DNA of 64,000 bases from Epiperipatus broadwayi (Eukaryota > Animalia > Onychophora): positions 16,306,001-16,370,000 of the forward strand of contig JAQFVV010000008.1 in assembly GCA_028023455.1 (NCBI GenBank), in the 5' to 3' direction. The position numbers were made by a program, and so were the translations under genes. Positions 50,101-64,000 of this stretch are shown in pieces. Under the pieces are notes generated by a model. It was not told the DNA's origin. It did not search any database and saw only the letters and a list, made by a program, of their open reading frames with translations. Numbering within the stretch: position 1 is the first letter of the stretch; every line of letters starts with the position of its first letter.

Positions 50101-52582
50101 ACTTTCTTCTTAAATTTCTGATCAAGTTAGTTGGAGTGCCCAAAAGAAAAAAAAGGGGAATTAGTAAAGCAATTAATAAGAGAAAAGAATATAATAAACA
50201 TCTAAACTTTATTTAAATGCCTCTGTGTTTTAATCTATTTTATTAGTTTAATAATTAAGTATCCATTTGGTTTCATCAAAGTATATTTAGTCCGCATAAG
50301 ATTGTTTTTTAAAATCTATTAGGCGATCGCTGTACATAAATAAATTATCACTTCAAATGTTGAAGTTGCTTCTCGATCAAGTGCTAGTCTATGGTTCTAG
50401 GGGCGCCTTCATACTGGTCATCATAATTTTGATAATCTTAATAAAATTGCAGACAATGTCAATTTGTAGTGACACAATGTGTTAGGTTTGGAAACATCAT
50501 ATTATCACACTTTTCTTATTATTAGTTAATTTTATTATTTTAAAAATAATGGTTTCGGAAATTATTTCTCCAGCTATTTGCTCTGTAAATTGGCAATGTG
50601 TGTGACATGATTTCATCATAGCATTGTGCTTTAAGAGATTTGTAAATCATCCCAGTAAAAAATAAAGTTGGTTAAACTTATGCATTTGTATTTTCTTAGT
50701 CTCAATCCCTATGGTTCTTGTTATCCTGAGCTAGTTCATGAGCAAAAACAATAGAGGTAGGGATGTGTTTGTTTGGATATCCAGATTCTCTGTAGAATGA
50801 TTTGAATAACAACAGTTAAGATCATCTGTAAAGTCCATTCACTTTACTTTATTTGTAAATTTAAAATTAATTTAGAAATGGTCAGTACATTTATAAGAAT
50901 TGATAATGATCATCATATACCAGAATTTATATTTTAGTATGATACTGTATATGTGTATGCAGGTGAAAGTTTAAGTTTGATGATTGCTTTATATACTCAA
51001 GTTTGACATTGACTAGCTAATTAGCCATCTTTTGATATAAAACTTCTTTAGATCCAGCCACAATGACTGATTATTTTTGTTTAATGCTGGTGGTGTGGCT
51101 TATTATAATTACTTATTTTATTCTATGCTGATTCTCTCATGCTTTTATGTTTTTTGATTATTCATTGATAATGATTGTCAGCACCCACTGTCAGTGAATC
51201 TGTATCATTATATTATAAAGGCATCTTTATGGCAAAATATATTTTAAAATGGTATGCAAGCTTATATTTACCCATTAGCCTGCTAAGCAACTGAAAAAAA
51301 AATTCTTAATTCGGTATACTTTTGCAGTAAGTAAAATAATATAGATTCAACATATGAAAGATTCCACTAAAATTTAAGCAATTTGCTCATATTATTTAAG
51401 CTGTTCATATTACCACGGACTTCCACAAAATATCTCTTTCTAAAAAACCTGATGCAAGTGAAAAATCTTACTCCCTACTCTATCTCTTATATTCCAACAA
51501 TCAATTTCTAAAAAAAAAAGAAAGCTTTTATAAATATCAGTTCTAGGCAGACTCTCAAAAAGATAATTGATTTAAAGTCCTGGCTTGGATGTTTTACAGC
51601 CTTTATTTATTAAGATAACTAAATTTCCTTCAAGTTCATTCTAAATATGAATTTTCAATTACATACTAAAATATTTAATTATACCTTACATTTTTTTAGT
51701 ATATCAAAAACTACTCTACTCCATGAATTTCAAATTTATTTTAATTTTCATATTAAATAGCCCTCTGTATTTATTTGATTCTAGTTGAACACCACATATC
51801 TACACAAATTCAGTTATACTCTTAACATATACATGTTAGCATAGATGATTTACCATGGAATATATGAAAATCTTTATGTTGTATAATTAACTCAAATTTT
51901 AAAGCAATAATTTATTACCTTAGTAATTATTTTCTTTAATAACTCACATTTAATCCTTTCTGTGCCAAAGCTTTCTTAAAAACTAACTTATTTATTATTA
52001 AATTATTCCCCCCCCCCTTGACATTTTATAGCTGCCCCTTACACCATTTACAATATATATACACATATAAAATCAAATATGTAAAGATATTTTAGTTTTA
52101 TAATTTTTGCTAAAAGCTTATTAATATTCCAATGCAATAGCAGTGATTTATTTGTTCTATTCTAGAATTACTATTGAAAGTTTGAAAAATAAATCTAAAT
52201 ATTAATACTATATCCTTATCTTCAGATTAGTTTTTGACACCTGATTGTTCTTGCCAGAAGACAAAAGTTGTCCCTATAATTAACATAAAACTGAAATCAC
52301 TAAAACGTAAAATTACTGAACTATTGCAAAATCTATATCATTATATAAAGAAATTGGTTTAGTTCAAAATATTATTATACACTTTAACTTATTCTGCCTC
52401 TCTAGATCAAATCTTGTTAACTCAGTTTTCACCTAATTACCAATTTCTAATCTAGTTGAAATTTTGCATGCATATGCATTCCCGATGATAATTCATTTTT
52501 TAGAGTTTTTAAAGTTTTAGCAAACAATTTAAATTTTCAAAATAAGAGTCACAGATCACATGACCATATTCTCTTAAGCTTG

Positions 52583-52779
52583 TAAGTTATAAACAATGAG
52601 GATTGCTAATTCCTCAACAAGCTTTGTGTTAAATGCTTAGCCAGAGAAATCATTTAAAATATCTTTGTCAGGAACCTTGGGGAGGGGTTCCTGACAGAGA
52701 TATTTTAAATGCTTTCTCTGGCTAAGCATTTAACACAAAGCTTGTTGAGGAATTGGCAATCCTCATTGTTTATAATTTA
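52583..52779. repeat. Near-perfect long inverted repeat (94-bp arms, 9-nt loop)
   Basis: Left arm 52583-52676 (taagttataaacaatgagg...tgtcaggaacc), loop ttggggagg, right arm 52686-52779. I count 4 mismatches. Confidence 0.95.
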
Positions 52780-53449
52780 AATTTTATATGTGACATTAAT
52801 GTGAGAGACCTCTAGTGACATTCCTCCTTATTTATATATAAATGATTTGTTGAAAACTGATTTTGATAATTCAGTTTTACTTATATAAAACTAAAAAGTA
52901 GAAAATAAAAAGTTAGCAAATTTTTTTTATTTTCATAAATTTTATTCAGTTTTCATAAATAAAAGTGTAGCCTTCATTCACATTTTTGAAATAGTTTTAA
53001 TTGCACTTTCTATTAATTTTTATGGGTATCTTATCAAGCAAAAATTATAGTTTAATATTTTTAACATAATATTCATCATTTTGCTAGTATCTATATAAAA
53101 ATATACTCTATAAACCTATTCATGGAACAACTAAGTTCCAAACTTTCCTATGATAATTCAGAAATCAGAATTCCAATAATCATTTAAATAAACTCACAAA
53201 TAGCATTCATATCCTTGTGTCAATGCCAATTTATTCATCATATAAAATCTAAAATAGGTAATTCACAATCTAATTTCTATTTATATAAAGTATAATTAAA
53301 AATATTTCTAAATATGAGCACCCCACTTTTATTTGTGAAAGCTGGAGAAAATTTTTTTTTCCCTTCAGTGTTTTTATGTGAATAAATATGTTTCATTAAT
53401 ATATATATATTTTAATCTCAAATTATTAGCTTGGGAATTTAAAATGAAT

Positions 53450-53550
53450 TAATCATGGCTTCCAGCTAAGTTAGTGCATTTTGCTTCATTGCAGATGGTC
53501 CTAAAGTGAATACAATAAATTACTACTCATACCAAAATGTTGAAAGTAAG
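53450..53550 (+). mobile_element. Short Tc1/mariner (maT-like) transposase remnant
   Basis: Reads FCFIADGPKVNTINYY, resembling the F-x-x-x-G-x-K-V-N-x-x-x-Y motif. Confidence 0.35.
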
Positions 53551-56454
53551 TAAAAAAAAAACCCTCATATGATAATTTGTTTCATATCTTTTTAAATATT
53601 ACAATTATAGAATAAATTATATTTCAGAGATTGCAAGCAATAAAAAATTGCTATTAACTATGATTAATTATTACTGATTGGTAATATCACTCTATTAATT
53701 ATTCCCCTGCCTTTAAAAAACATCAATATACATTTATTTTTCCTAGAAGAACAAAGATACCTGTTATTAGCTTATGATTGAGATTACTGACATATATATA
53801 CATATATAGTTGTTGAGCTTATATTACTGAATAGGAAACTTTTATTGGGTCTAAATCTTAAACTATTGAACCATTCAAATTATTATCTTGAAAATATAAA
53901 AATGACCATACTATCTTCAAAAAAGGAAGTTAATTGGATACAAAATCAATCTTGGAAATCTGCTTGCAAAATGATTTATGTTTCTATCATTGGCTAGAGT
54001 TAAGATGTGTGAATTTTAACCTCTTAATAATGACAGTAGAGGAAACCCTCAAATTAAAACTACTTTTTCCACAATACTTAAAAATAATGCATGATATCTG
54101 TTAATCACTTAGTTTTTAAAGGAACTTTATTGAAAAAAACATAATAAATTATATATCAAAATGTTTACATATATGCAAAGACAAATATTAAGTTATTACA
54201 ATAATAAAAGAGAAATAAAAATACAATAAGAATTACTATGATAATGGAAAAGGAAAAATAATAATTACAATAAGAATATATATAAAAACTGGAACAAAAA
54301 ATTGAATATTATAAAGAAAATATATAAATTACAGGAGTATATCATTATTTATACTGTTAGTTCTATTTACCATAAGAGCTAGAGATTTGAATGTTGTTTT
54401 ATTAAGGACCATGTTGCTGCAAATGTCTGAAGAAGCAATTTTTTTATCTCTGTTTCAGTTGTTCTAATTTATTTTAAAAAGTATTAAAATGTCATAGTGC
54501 AGCACATATATTTGGAAAAGAATTTTTAGAAAATGAATTCATTATATTATTAAATGAAGTAGAGTTGTTTCTATATATATTGTCATAGGGAGAATGAAAT
54601 ACAATTTCAATTTTCTCTACATTTGCTTTGGCTCTTGTTAATCACTTATTACATACTTTATTTATATACATAAAAAAATCATTCTATGCTTAATAATAAC
54701 TCACCTACAAAATATTTATTAATATTACTATAAGTTCACTTAATAAATTCTAAAAGATTTGATATAATTTAAAAAATATTTGATCAAGGATGTGTATGTT
54801 TTTTTTTTTAATTTAAAGAAAATATATAAGTTAAATATGCTACACTGAGATAAGAATTTCTGTTGATGGACAGATGGTGGGGTGGGGGCAATAGATTTCA
54901 TAATGATTTAGAAAACTCATATACATTATAAATAATAATGTAGCTTTAACCACAGATGGAACACTATTTAAACTGAATACTCTCCTTTCCAAACACAAGA
55001 TAAAGTCTTTTTAAAAAATAGAATGGATCATTCTATCTTTTTCACCCACGCTATATGTACTTAAATTTATATATTTTTTATAATAATTGAGGCTGATTTC
55101 CATGCTGAATTTTGAATTGAAGAATATTGTGTCCATAATATTCATTACTGGAAATCAAAAATCTTTCACCTTTTAATAAAATAATGAATTCTTTTTAATT
55201 AAAAATTATTCACTATATATATTTTTTAAAAAAAGTTTATTTAATAAATTGTGTTTTTATTGCGAACTTGGGAACAGTTATATTACCCCCATACATTTAA
55301 AAAAACGTACTAGAATTTTTATATGCTTTATCACACATGCCAGGTAAAAAATATGGATTGTGTCTGTCTAGTTGTGAACAGTCATCTCTCAATAATCCAA
55401 ATGAACAAGAAGCCTGATGAAACATCAGCCAATCCACTTCCTAGTATTTTGTATCATAAAAATGAACAAGAAAAAAATGTAGAATATACAAAACTTCAAA
55501 AAAAAATCTTTCATATGAAATTAACACTATTGAAAAAGATCTTCAGTGTATTATTCTGCTAAGATAAATCAACAAGAATAAAAAAAAAAAGCTAGAAGAT
55601 TAAAAATACATATAATGCTGATAAAAACCTTCACTATAATGATAATTTGATGCTTATCTAGAAAACTCATAAAACTAGTTAAAAGTATTCCAATATCCAG
55701 TGAGAAAAAGAAAACTACAAATATCATAAGATCACAAGCCAAATCTCAAACAACTATTCTTTTCATGAATGAAGCATATAAAACATTTCAGATAAAAACA
55801 GTGAAACAATATAAAATAAAAAAAACTTCTCAGCACAAGCAATAGACTTTTCAAATAATCTTTGTTATGCATAAAATAAATAAAAATATCATTTTGGTTT
55901 TTTAAATTTATTTCCATTTATTTATCACCTTGATGACATAGTTTCTTCATTATACCAACAAATAATTGCAATAATTATAATATTTCACAGCTTATAATTT
56001 TACCACGAATACTTTCATTTGGACAAAAATATATATATATATTTTCTTATTCAAAAAGTGTCTTAAACTTTCAAGATTCATAGCTATAGTTCTTGTTTTA
56101 TTACTTAAAAAATGATAATTTTGAAGATTCATTGACAAGTTAAAATATTAATTTAGTAATTAAAAGTTAATTACTATTGTCTTGTTGGTCTGTGTCATAT
56201 AAGTGGCCAGTTTTGAATAAATCTTAATAAAATTAAAATACAAAAATTATTTTATATTTAATCTCTTTCTCCCTCTTTGTTTATACAATTATAATTTCTT
56301 TTGTAAAATTGATATTTGTTTCAATAAAGTTTTTAAATGTTTTCTAAAGATTTTGCCTGCAAATATAAATAAAATGTCATTTAAAGAGAGAAGAAATGGT
56401 GTCTAAAACATTTAAATGCATATAAATTAAGAGAACAATTAAATAATTTAGAAA

Positions 56455-56620
56455 AGTCTCATGGTGGTAAATGCATTTAATTGTGAGTCCATAATACTAG
56501 GTTCTAATCTAGATAAAATAAAACTGAAATTTTTTCAAATTCCAAGCAGACTTAGAATCTTTCACAATAGATCATTTATGGCAAACTCAGTTAACCCTTA
56601 AATAATGGAATAATAAATGA
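56455..56620 (+). mobile_element. Possible decayed tRNA-derived SINE
   Basis: A-box-like tggtggtaaatg and B-box-like ggttctaatct at tRNA-like spacing, followed by a caaactcagttaaccc segment reminiscent of SINE cores. Confidence 0.3.
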
Positions 56621-59579
56621 ATAATTAACTATTTTTAATAAAAGAGTAAAACAAGATAAGTTATAAATCACTCATTCTATAGCTGTTGGAAATCTTAACT
56701 GTCCATCCTGGATATTTGTCTTGCAGTGAAATTATTTGAACATTACTTTCTCTCTCATCAAAAATACGTTTAAATAAAATATTGTTGTTGTTTTTTTTTT
56801 TAAAAATCATATTCTATTCTTAAACAAATCTAAAATGGTAAAATATTCTTATAGAATATTTCCAATATTTTAGATTACTACTTGTTAAATAATAATGTTT
56901 TTATTAAAAAAAGAATGACATTTAATTAAAATATAAAAATAATTAGAAAGGTAAAAACCCATGAAAATCATGACAAATACTTCTGGGCAAGACTAAGGAT
57001 CACAAGTTAAATGGATAGAAAAAGAAAGAGAAAAGAGAATAAAGAATCAAAGATCACTGTATAAAAGTGGTCAAGATTGCAATGATGTCAATTTTTTTAA
57101 AACAAAAAAAAAAAATAACTAAAGAAAACTCAAAATTTTTAAAAATATTTCTGATAAGCAAAGTTCTGTACATATAAACAGAGATAATCAAATCACAAAA
57201 CAAATACCTTTTATATTAAACAAAAAAGAGATCATAGTCATTTAGTAGTTTCTTTTGCAGTACAGAAAAAAAATCTCAAGTATAAACCTCTATTAAAATG
57301 AGAAAGGATTTTCTAAAAATAAGTACACGATAATATTTTAGAATTAGATTATATAAAAATAAGAAAATAGAACAAAAATATATAGGGGAAAAAAAAGAAA
57401 TTAAGGAAGGAAATAAATTTCAAGATCAAAACACATTTTTATATTTAAATTCTATTTGAGAAAGGAAAATTAAAGTGCGATGTTGATTAATCAAACAATT
57501 TATTTTTTTCAAATATAATTTAGGGTGAATTAATTTTTATTTTCTATTAGTTTTGGTAGAGTTCAAAATATAGATTAACTAAGACTTCAATATTTACTGT
57601 TTGCATATATTCTGATTTAATATCTTTTATAAATGTTTCAACAATTTCTTTAGTTGGACATAAACATTAACTTTTATTATTTTGATGAAATGCTTGAAAG
57701 CCAGATTGTGACAATGATACACATCTTCAAATAAATTAAATTTCTTAGCAATAAATTGTTTGTTCATAATATCCTACACTACCTTTTGAATCCTTACCAT
57801 TGTACATTAACACTTAGTTCAGAAGCATAGTTTCTACATAAACTTATTACAATTTGTTGGCTTTAGTAAAAGAAAAATGGATATCGTATCCCATTAAAGT
57901 AATTGCAAATATCATGGTCTATGGGTTATGGCTCCATTCCTTCACCTTCATCAGGGTCTGGATATTTTGTTCTGCATAGTTTAGCGCAGTAGTAGAAATC
58001 AAATTCTGTAGTATAAAATCCTCAGATTTGTTCCAGTTCCGGCACTTTTGGCATTCAGAGCAATAAAGCCATACACAATTTAGTGCAGTTGGCAGACTGT
58101 CAGACTCAGAATAAGAGCCTTGGATCAATTCCAGTTGTGACATTTTCAACACTAAAACTCCTTATGAATTCTTGAATAATAAAGTCGTTTGACAATTTTA
58201 ATGACTATTAAAATCATTTCTTTTCTTGCTGATAAATTCATGTCACCCTACTGACTCTTTTCCAAATCAGCTTTTTTTGAAAAATTACAAAACAGATTAG
58301 GAAAAGAGCCAGTAGTGTAAAATGATAAAAATATTATAGAGATGCTGGTAGCTGATTTTTTTTTGTCTTCCAATTTAAAATTCTACTGTCAATTTTTTAA
58401 AGCTTTACAAATAATATATTTATCTTTATTTTCTTTCACTGTTTAGAGATAGATTTGAATTTCTTTTTTTCAGTTCTCCCTTTTTTGTTCCACTAATTTT
58501 TTTAGATTTCATAAATTTTAAATACAATTTTTCCAACTTACTTTTCCCGTTTTTCGTAATATCATTATACAAACTTCTAAAAGTAAAATAATATAAAAAG
58601 TACGTAGACCAAAAATGAATTTAAGAATGTTTCAGAAGATGCAAACCATACAATAATTGCTTTTATAAGTAATACTAATAAGATCTGTTTCAGTTGACAA
58701 AATAAAGTGTCATCTGAGATTTTTTCATCATCCAGTGATAGTCTAGCTTTGTAGTGCAGCAGAAACATTTTAACAAAATAATATGAATGTTATCTAGAAA
58801 TTGTTATTCTTCAGCAAAAACAAATTAGTTTTAGATTAAAACCTTTCCTTTGATTTAAAAAGGTGCTTGTCAGAACTGTACCAAAGATACATTACAGCAA
58901 ATAGTTAAAACCACTGAAAAGTAGAAAATATCACAAGAGGATGGGGAAAAAATCAAAAATCTTGATCTTTGAAATGATCAATTGTTAATATAATATAAAT
59001 GTTGAGTATTTTAGGCATGATTCTAAGGATATATTAACATAGGTTCTAAAAATTTCTGTAATAAATGATCATATCCATTCAAAATGTTAACAAAGTTGGA
59101 TTATGAAATAACAAATTCAGATTCCATGCACTTTTTAAAATAATTGATTTTTTTTCTTTTCAATGTACAGTGATTTTTAAAAATAGAATTCATCTTAGAT
59201 GGCTCTTATGATTAGTCAGAATTGGTAGTAAGAGTGTTGCATCTTTCAATATTTTTTTATTTCAAATAATTTCATAATGCTATTCTGTAATTAATTCCCC
59301 AAATCACAGGTTTGGAAAGTAGAGAAAATATATGAAATGTTTTTTTTCTATAATAGCAGGCATTCACCAGTTTTATCTAAAAAGTAAAAAAAAAAAAAAT
59401 TACTTTGAATATTATTTAAATTGAATGTGACTTTTTTTAAAAATGAATTGTAAGAAATAAAAATAGTACAGTAATAAAAATATTTAGAAACTTTCATTTG
59501 TCAATGTTGTTCAGCATTTTTGTCCTAAAAATGCTTTATTGGTTATCATTGTCGTCCATTTAATCAGTCATTTCAATAA

Positions 59580-60950
59580 TAGACAACAGTGTGGATGAAT
59601 TACTTTCAGATCATTCTTTCCATTGCTTTTCTGTATACTCCCAATACTGTTAACTCAAACCACTCTGGGATGTTACTCATTCATAACAGCCTTGGTCATC
59701 CTCTTCTTTTGCCTCAATTACAATTCTAATTTTCCCCCCATATATCTGCTTGCCTTACCACAAAGGCATCTTTCTCTGCTTTAATATTTCCATGCATGTT
59801 TTTACCTAATCTTATTCATTAGTTCTCTATATAAACTATCCTAATCATTTTTGATAACATTTCAAAAGTATCAATCCCTCCCATGTCTAGCACCATACAT
59901 TGCATTGATCCTTATTAAGTCTTTCATAATCTATATTTTGTACACATTTACAGCCCTATTTTTTTCCATGTGGGCATTAATTTGTAAATCTTCAAATCCA
60001 ACAATAACTGTGCATTTATTACATGACATTATCTATTTTGATTTAGTCTGAAGCTTAAATAGACAAACTGAAACCTATTCTAATTTAATAATTTTTACTA
60101 TTATACCTACTATTCCTCAGTTAATTGTTTTACTCTTCCCTTGCTTATATTTAGTTTTACTTCATATTCTACTTCTGTTCTTATGAAATGATCTTTAAGA
60201 TTCTGTAGTTCTTTCTCTATTCATAACAACAAACCTATATCATATGCATATTGCATATTTATCTTCCTCCAATATAGAATAATTGTCTCTTTGCCACATT
60301 TGCTATAATATTGAATAAATATGGTAACAATAAACATTCCTGACCCATCTTTTCACTCCCTTGAAATCAATCAGTTTTTATGTATTACTCTTCAATATAA
60401 GATAACCGTGGTACTAAATATAGAGAGTATCTTAATTCAACATCACCATTAAAAACTTGACATGGCATACGGAAATAAAAGTCTTCTATAATCTATAAAT
60501 AGAGATACAGTGGCTGTTAACATTCCCCAAGCCTTACTGAGAATAAGGTTTAGATTGATTATGTGATTTCTTGCTCCTTATTCTGGCCAAATATCTCCCT
60601 GTTGCTGTGCCACTTCTCATTTCTTCTTGACTTGTTTTCTATTCTATATCATTGTCAACATAAACTTTCTACTATGTAAAATTAAAGCTATTATCCTATA
60701 ATCATCATACTGAGTAAAATTAAGACTTGCTATAGTCCTGTCCTTAGACCAATTCCTACTCTCCTATACTCAAGATCAACCTATATAATCTATTTAAAAC
60801 TGAATCTTCTTCTTTTGGGAATAACTACCAGTGATCTTCTACTACCAGTTCTTGATATAGTTATTATTATACTTCTAAAAGCAATGGTTCATGTTCTATA
60901 ACTTTATATCAAATAATATTGCATCACCTTTATACATATCTTCACAAAAC
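59580..60950 (-). mobile_element. LINE (RTE-like) RT remnant, degenerate
   Basis: Minus-strand fragments in the expected order: G-x-G-Q-E-C-L-L-L-P (QGC block, about 60350), INMQYAYDI (YADD block, about 60260), HGNIKAEKDAFVVR (about 59790) and INAMYGA (about 59905). Confidence 0.55.
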
Positions 60951-61599
60951 TTTCAATTGATTGATAATTTTTTCTGTTTTGTCAACAGCTTACAAGCTTT
61001 GTCTTTTGTCATAGCTTTTATAAGAGGGGAAGCAATTAAAACAAACATATATTTTTAAGTAAAAATCTGATTTAAATATAATTAATATACTGAATAATTA
61101 ATTCTAATACACAAAGATTCATAGCATACATAATCTTAAATTAACTACGTTACTCCATTTAAATTCTAATAAATCACATTTTATTTCTCATACATTACAA
61201 AAATGTAAACTGATTTTAGAATCATAAATTAAAATGCAAATTATATAATTGTTTAATTATACTTAAAGACAATGAATAATGGTTTAAAATCTAACAATTT
61301 AATTTCTTTAACACTATTGCATTTTAAGTTCTGAACTTTACTATCTGTCTATTATAAATGTAGTTAGTTTTGGAATCTGCAATAATGTTGATGTTTTGAA
61401 CAATAATTTTATAAATATATATGGTGACTAATAAAACACATTTTCTCATTAATTATTTGCCTTTTTAAAAAATATTTATTACACAATTTAAACAAGTTTT
61501 CACTATTGGATTTTTGTAAATTTACAGAAAATTCAATAAGCATCATTTTTTTCACACATTTGTTTATAATCATAACAGGTTAATGCCATTTCAATAATT

Positions 61600-63300
61600 T
61601 CCATGTAGTATAAAAAACATAATTTACTAGTTTTTCACACAATCAATATTCTTTTCTTTAGTATAGAAATATACATAAGTTTATTTCAATCTAAAATATT
61701 TAGATGGTCTTATACAATTGGCACTAATCTTCTATAAAATGTTTTTATACAATTTCCATTAATTCTTGATCTCATTTTCTATAATGAAGGTGCTAGTTGA
61801 TATCTTTCACATACAGATATTCTGTATATTTCTTATACAGTTATTATGTTTGAATTTTATTACTGTATTTATATTCTGTTAATTAGTATTGCTCAACAAA
61901 TTTACTCAAGATCGTATACTTCCTTTTAATCTCATACATTCACTGAAAGATTGTTCTTCCTTTTCAGAGTAAGTTTCAACTTTCAATATATTTATATAAA
62001 TATTATGATAATATTACTTATTTTATACTAGCCAGTTTTTGGCATTTCATATTTAGATTTATCAAAAGACTTGTGTTATTTTTAGATCTTTTTTCATTTT
62101 TTTGCAATTAGCCAACTTTCTGACATTTCACTTTAATGTTCCTGGTTGCTTAATCTTACTCAAAATTTTCTCTGATTTATATTTAATTACTTTTTTCCTT
62201 CTATCTATAGTTTATCTGGTTTATCATCAATAAGCTTAAAATCATAAATCAATTTCTGATATTATTCGTAAACATAAGTATATTTTCTAGATTATGTTTA
62301 GAACATTAAACAAATTTGTGGGTATTTTCAGTTATGCCAATTTTTATACAACTTATGATTTTATTCACAAACAAATGCTGGCCATAATTTCACTATTAAA
62401 ACTGAAGTCTTCCATATTAAGTTCCAAGAATATAATCTGCTTGATTACTATTAATTCTGTTCAATGAAATCTGTGTGTGAAGATAATGCTTTGCCTTCTT
62501 AAGAAATGTTTTGATAATGAAAGATTAATTAATTTTTCTGATAGTATGCCTACATTTATTAAATAACTTAAATTTCCATTTACAATTTTGACATTTTGTC
62601 CATTGAACACAAGAAATAATAGTGTAATTCCAAGTTTTTTTAATGTCTGCATGAACCTGATTAAAAGGCTTTTCAATTTCTTCTTCACTTGTTTGATTTG
62701 GTTGAAGATATAATAGTTATACTTAATGAATGTCCACAAAATTGAAATGCTATGAATTGATCATTCCACAAGATGATATCCAATGATAGATCTTGCAATA
62801 TACTTTCTGAAAATCATTTTTATTATCTAATGCTAAATAGTAGACTATGTGTTCTCTTGATATGAAGTCTATATAGTTTACATACATTGTTAATTATTAA
62901 GATTTCCATTTGTAATTAATTTCTATCTTCCCTATACATTACACATTATCCCATATATTAGAGATTTTTTTGCAGTTTTATTATTTCCTTTCCAAAAAGC
63001 ATTGACAGCCATTATATATCGAAAAGTCTTTATTCTAATTATACAATTCAAAAGAATTTGGAAATATTGCAAATTTTTTCTTATTAGAAGTGCTTCTGAA
63101 GACAACTATTCTCCAATAATTTAATAGTTTTTTGTGCCTATTTATAAAATTATGATATATGAAATAATTTCTGACTGCTTTCTTTAATGCAATTTGAAAT
63201 AATTTTTAGCTGATTATACAATGACAATCTATTTTATCTAATATCATCATATATTGCTCTTCCCAATGTAGATTTTAGTAATAGGTCAATAAGAAAAAAA
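61600..63300 (-). mobile_element. L1/Tx1-like LINE ORF2 remnant (endonuclease to RT start), degenerate
   Basis: Fragments IYHWISSCGMINS (about 62790-62750; like the Y-T-W...S-R-I-D region) and decayed G-x-D-G...E-x-Y-K sequence near 61770-61740. ORF 62461..62739 lies within it. Confidence 0.4.
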
Positions 63301-64000
63301 AAATGAAACTAAGAGAAATGAATTAGAAATTAAAATTTTTTTTACAAAAGATCATTTTTAAAAGGTAATTATAGGAGGAGATACTAAAAAGATAAAATGA
63401 CTAAAACAGCTATCAAACCTATAAGCATTAGTTATTGAGCCATGAGAAATATATATATTGTGACAAAATGATTAGTGTCTTTCACATATGGACATATTTT
63501 AATAAATAAAATTTTAAGTTATAAACATAAATGGGCATGTTTTTATTGCAAAAGCTATTAAAATACATTATTGAAAAGTAATATATATGGTAAACTAAAA
63601 ATTAAATTTTGCTGAGAATTGACTAGTCATTTATTGATTAATTATAAAACCATTATTAATATTAGAAGTATAAAATACTTCTAGTATTTGGTAGAATTAT
63701 ATTCTACATGAGAATAAATTAAGTCATTCCAAATTTTATAATGTTTTTAAATCTATAAAATTAAAAAACTGGATTGGAATGTTTAAGAAAGAGAATGATT
63801 TTTAGTTTAGATTACATTTATATGGCTTTTTTTAAAACCCCATTAAAACTGGTTATAAATTGTTCTTGGAATGTAGGAAACAATAAAGAAAGAAAAATAT
63901 TTTTAATAAATAATAAATTTTGTAGTGTTTTGTAAAATGGCAGACATGTTTGTACACTCCAGAAAAAAACTAGAATTTATTCGTAAGGCTGTTTTTAGAT

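Noticed and set aside
53495-53545. Plus-strand exon-like segment with good splice signals (cag|ATGGTCCT...GAAA|gtaagt)
   Set aside because: The peptide matches a Tc1/mariner transposase fragment and I found no partner exons on +.
1168-62739. Remaining 60-125 aa ORFs in the supplied track
   Set aside because: They are rich in I/F/L/K/N/Y as expected from AT-rich non-coding DNA, or they overlap transposon remnants. None has splice or domain support.

Overview
This is very AT-rich, CpG-depleted eukaryotic DNA (animal-like, probably invertebrate; this is an inference) with no prokaryotic features. The only host gene I can support is a minus-strand, intron-rich PARP14-like (macro-PARP family) gene. 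Four exons splice in frame with canonical GT-AG phase-1 junctions: 43096-42875 (RRM), 34781-33324 (end of RRM plus a string of degenerate KH-like repeats), and 16098-16003 and 13561-13493 (N-terminal part of a macrodomain). The gene is incomplete here. The rest of the macrodomain and any WWE or catalytic domain were not found and probably lie left of position 1, and the 5' exons are unresolved. Introns and flanks are filled with decayed transposons: LINEs, Gypsy, mariner, hAT and Penelope-like elements (PLEs). The most striking non-coding signal is a set of minimal type I hammerhead ribozyme motifs from two PLE families. The two copies antisense to the host gene (23780-23838, 42536-42602) keep the catalytic core, while the two sense copies (7826-7892 and about 13225-13264) are core-mutated or half-deleted. 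Also present are a 94-bp-arm near-perfect hairpin (52583-52779), a roughly 2.9-kb CpG-retaining segment that appears to split an old LINE, and a hAT deletion derivative with a perfect 8-bp target-site duplication. Most short ORFs in the supplied track are chance ORFs or transposon debris. All calls come from manual reading and motif recognition; no database searches were run.
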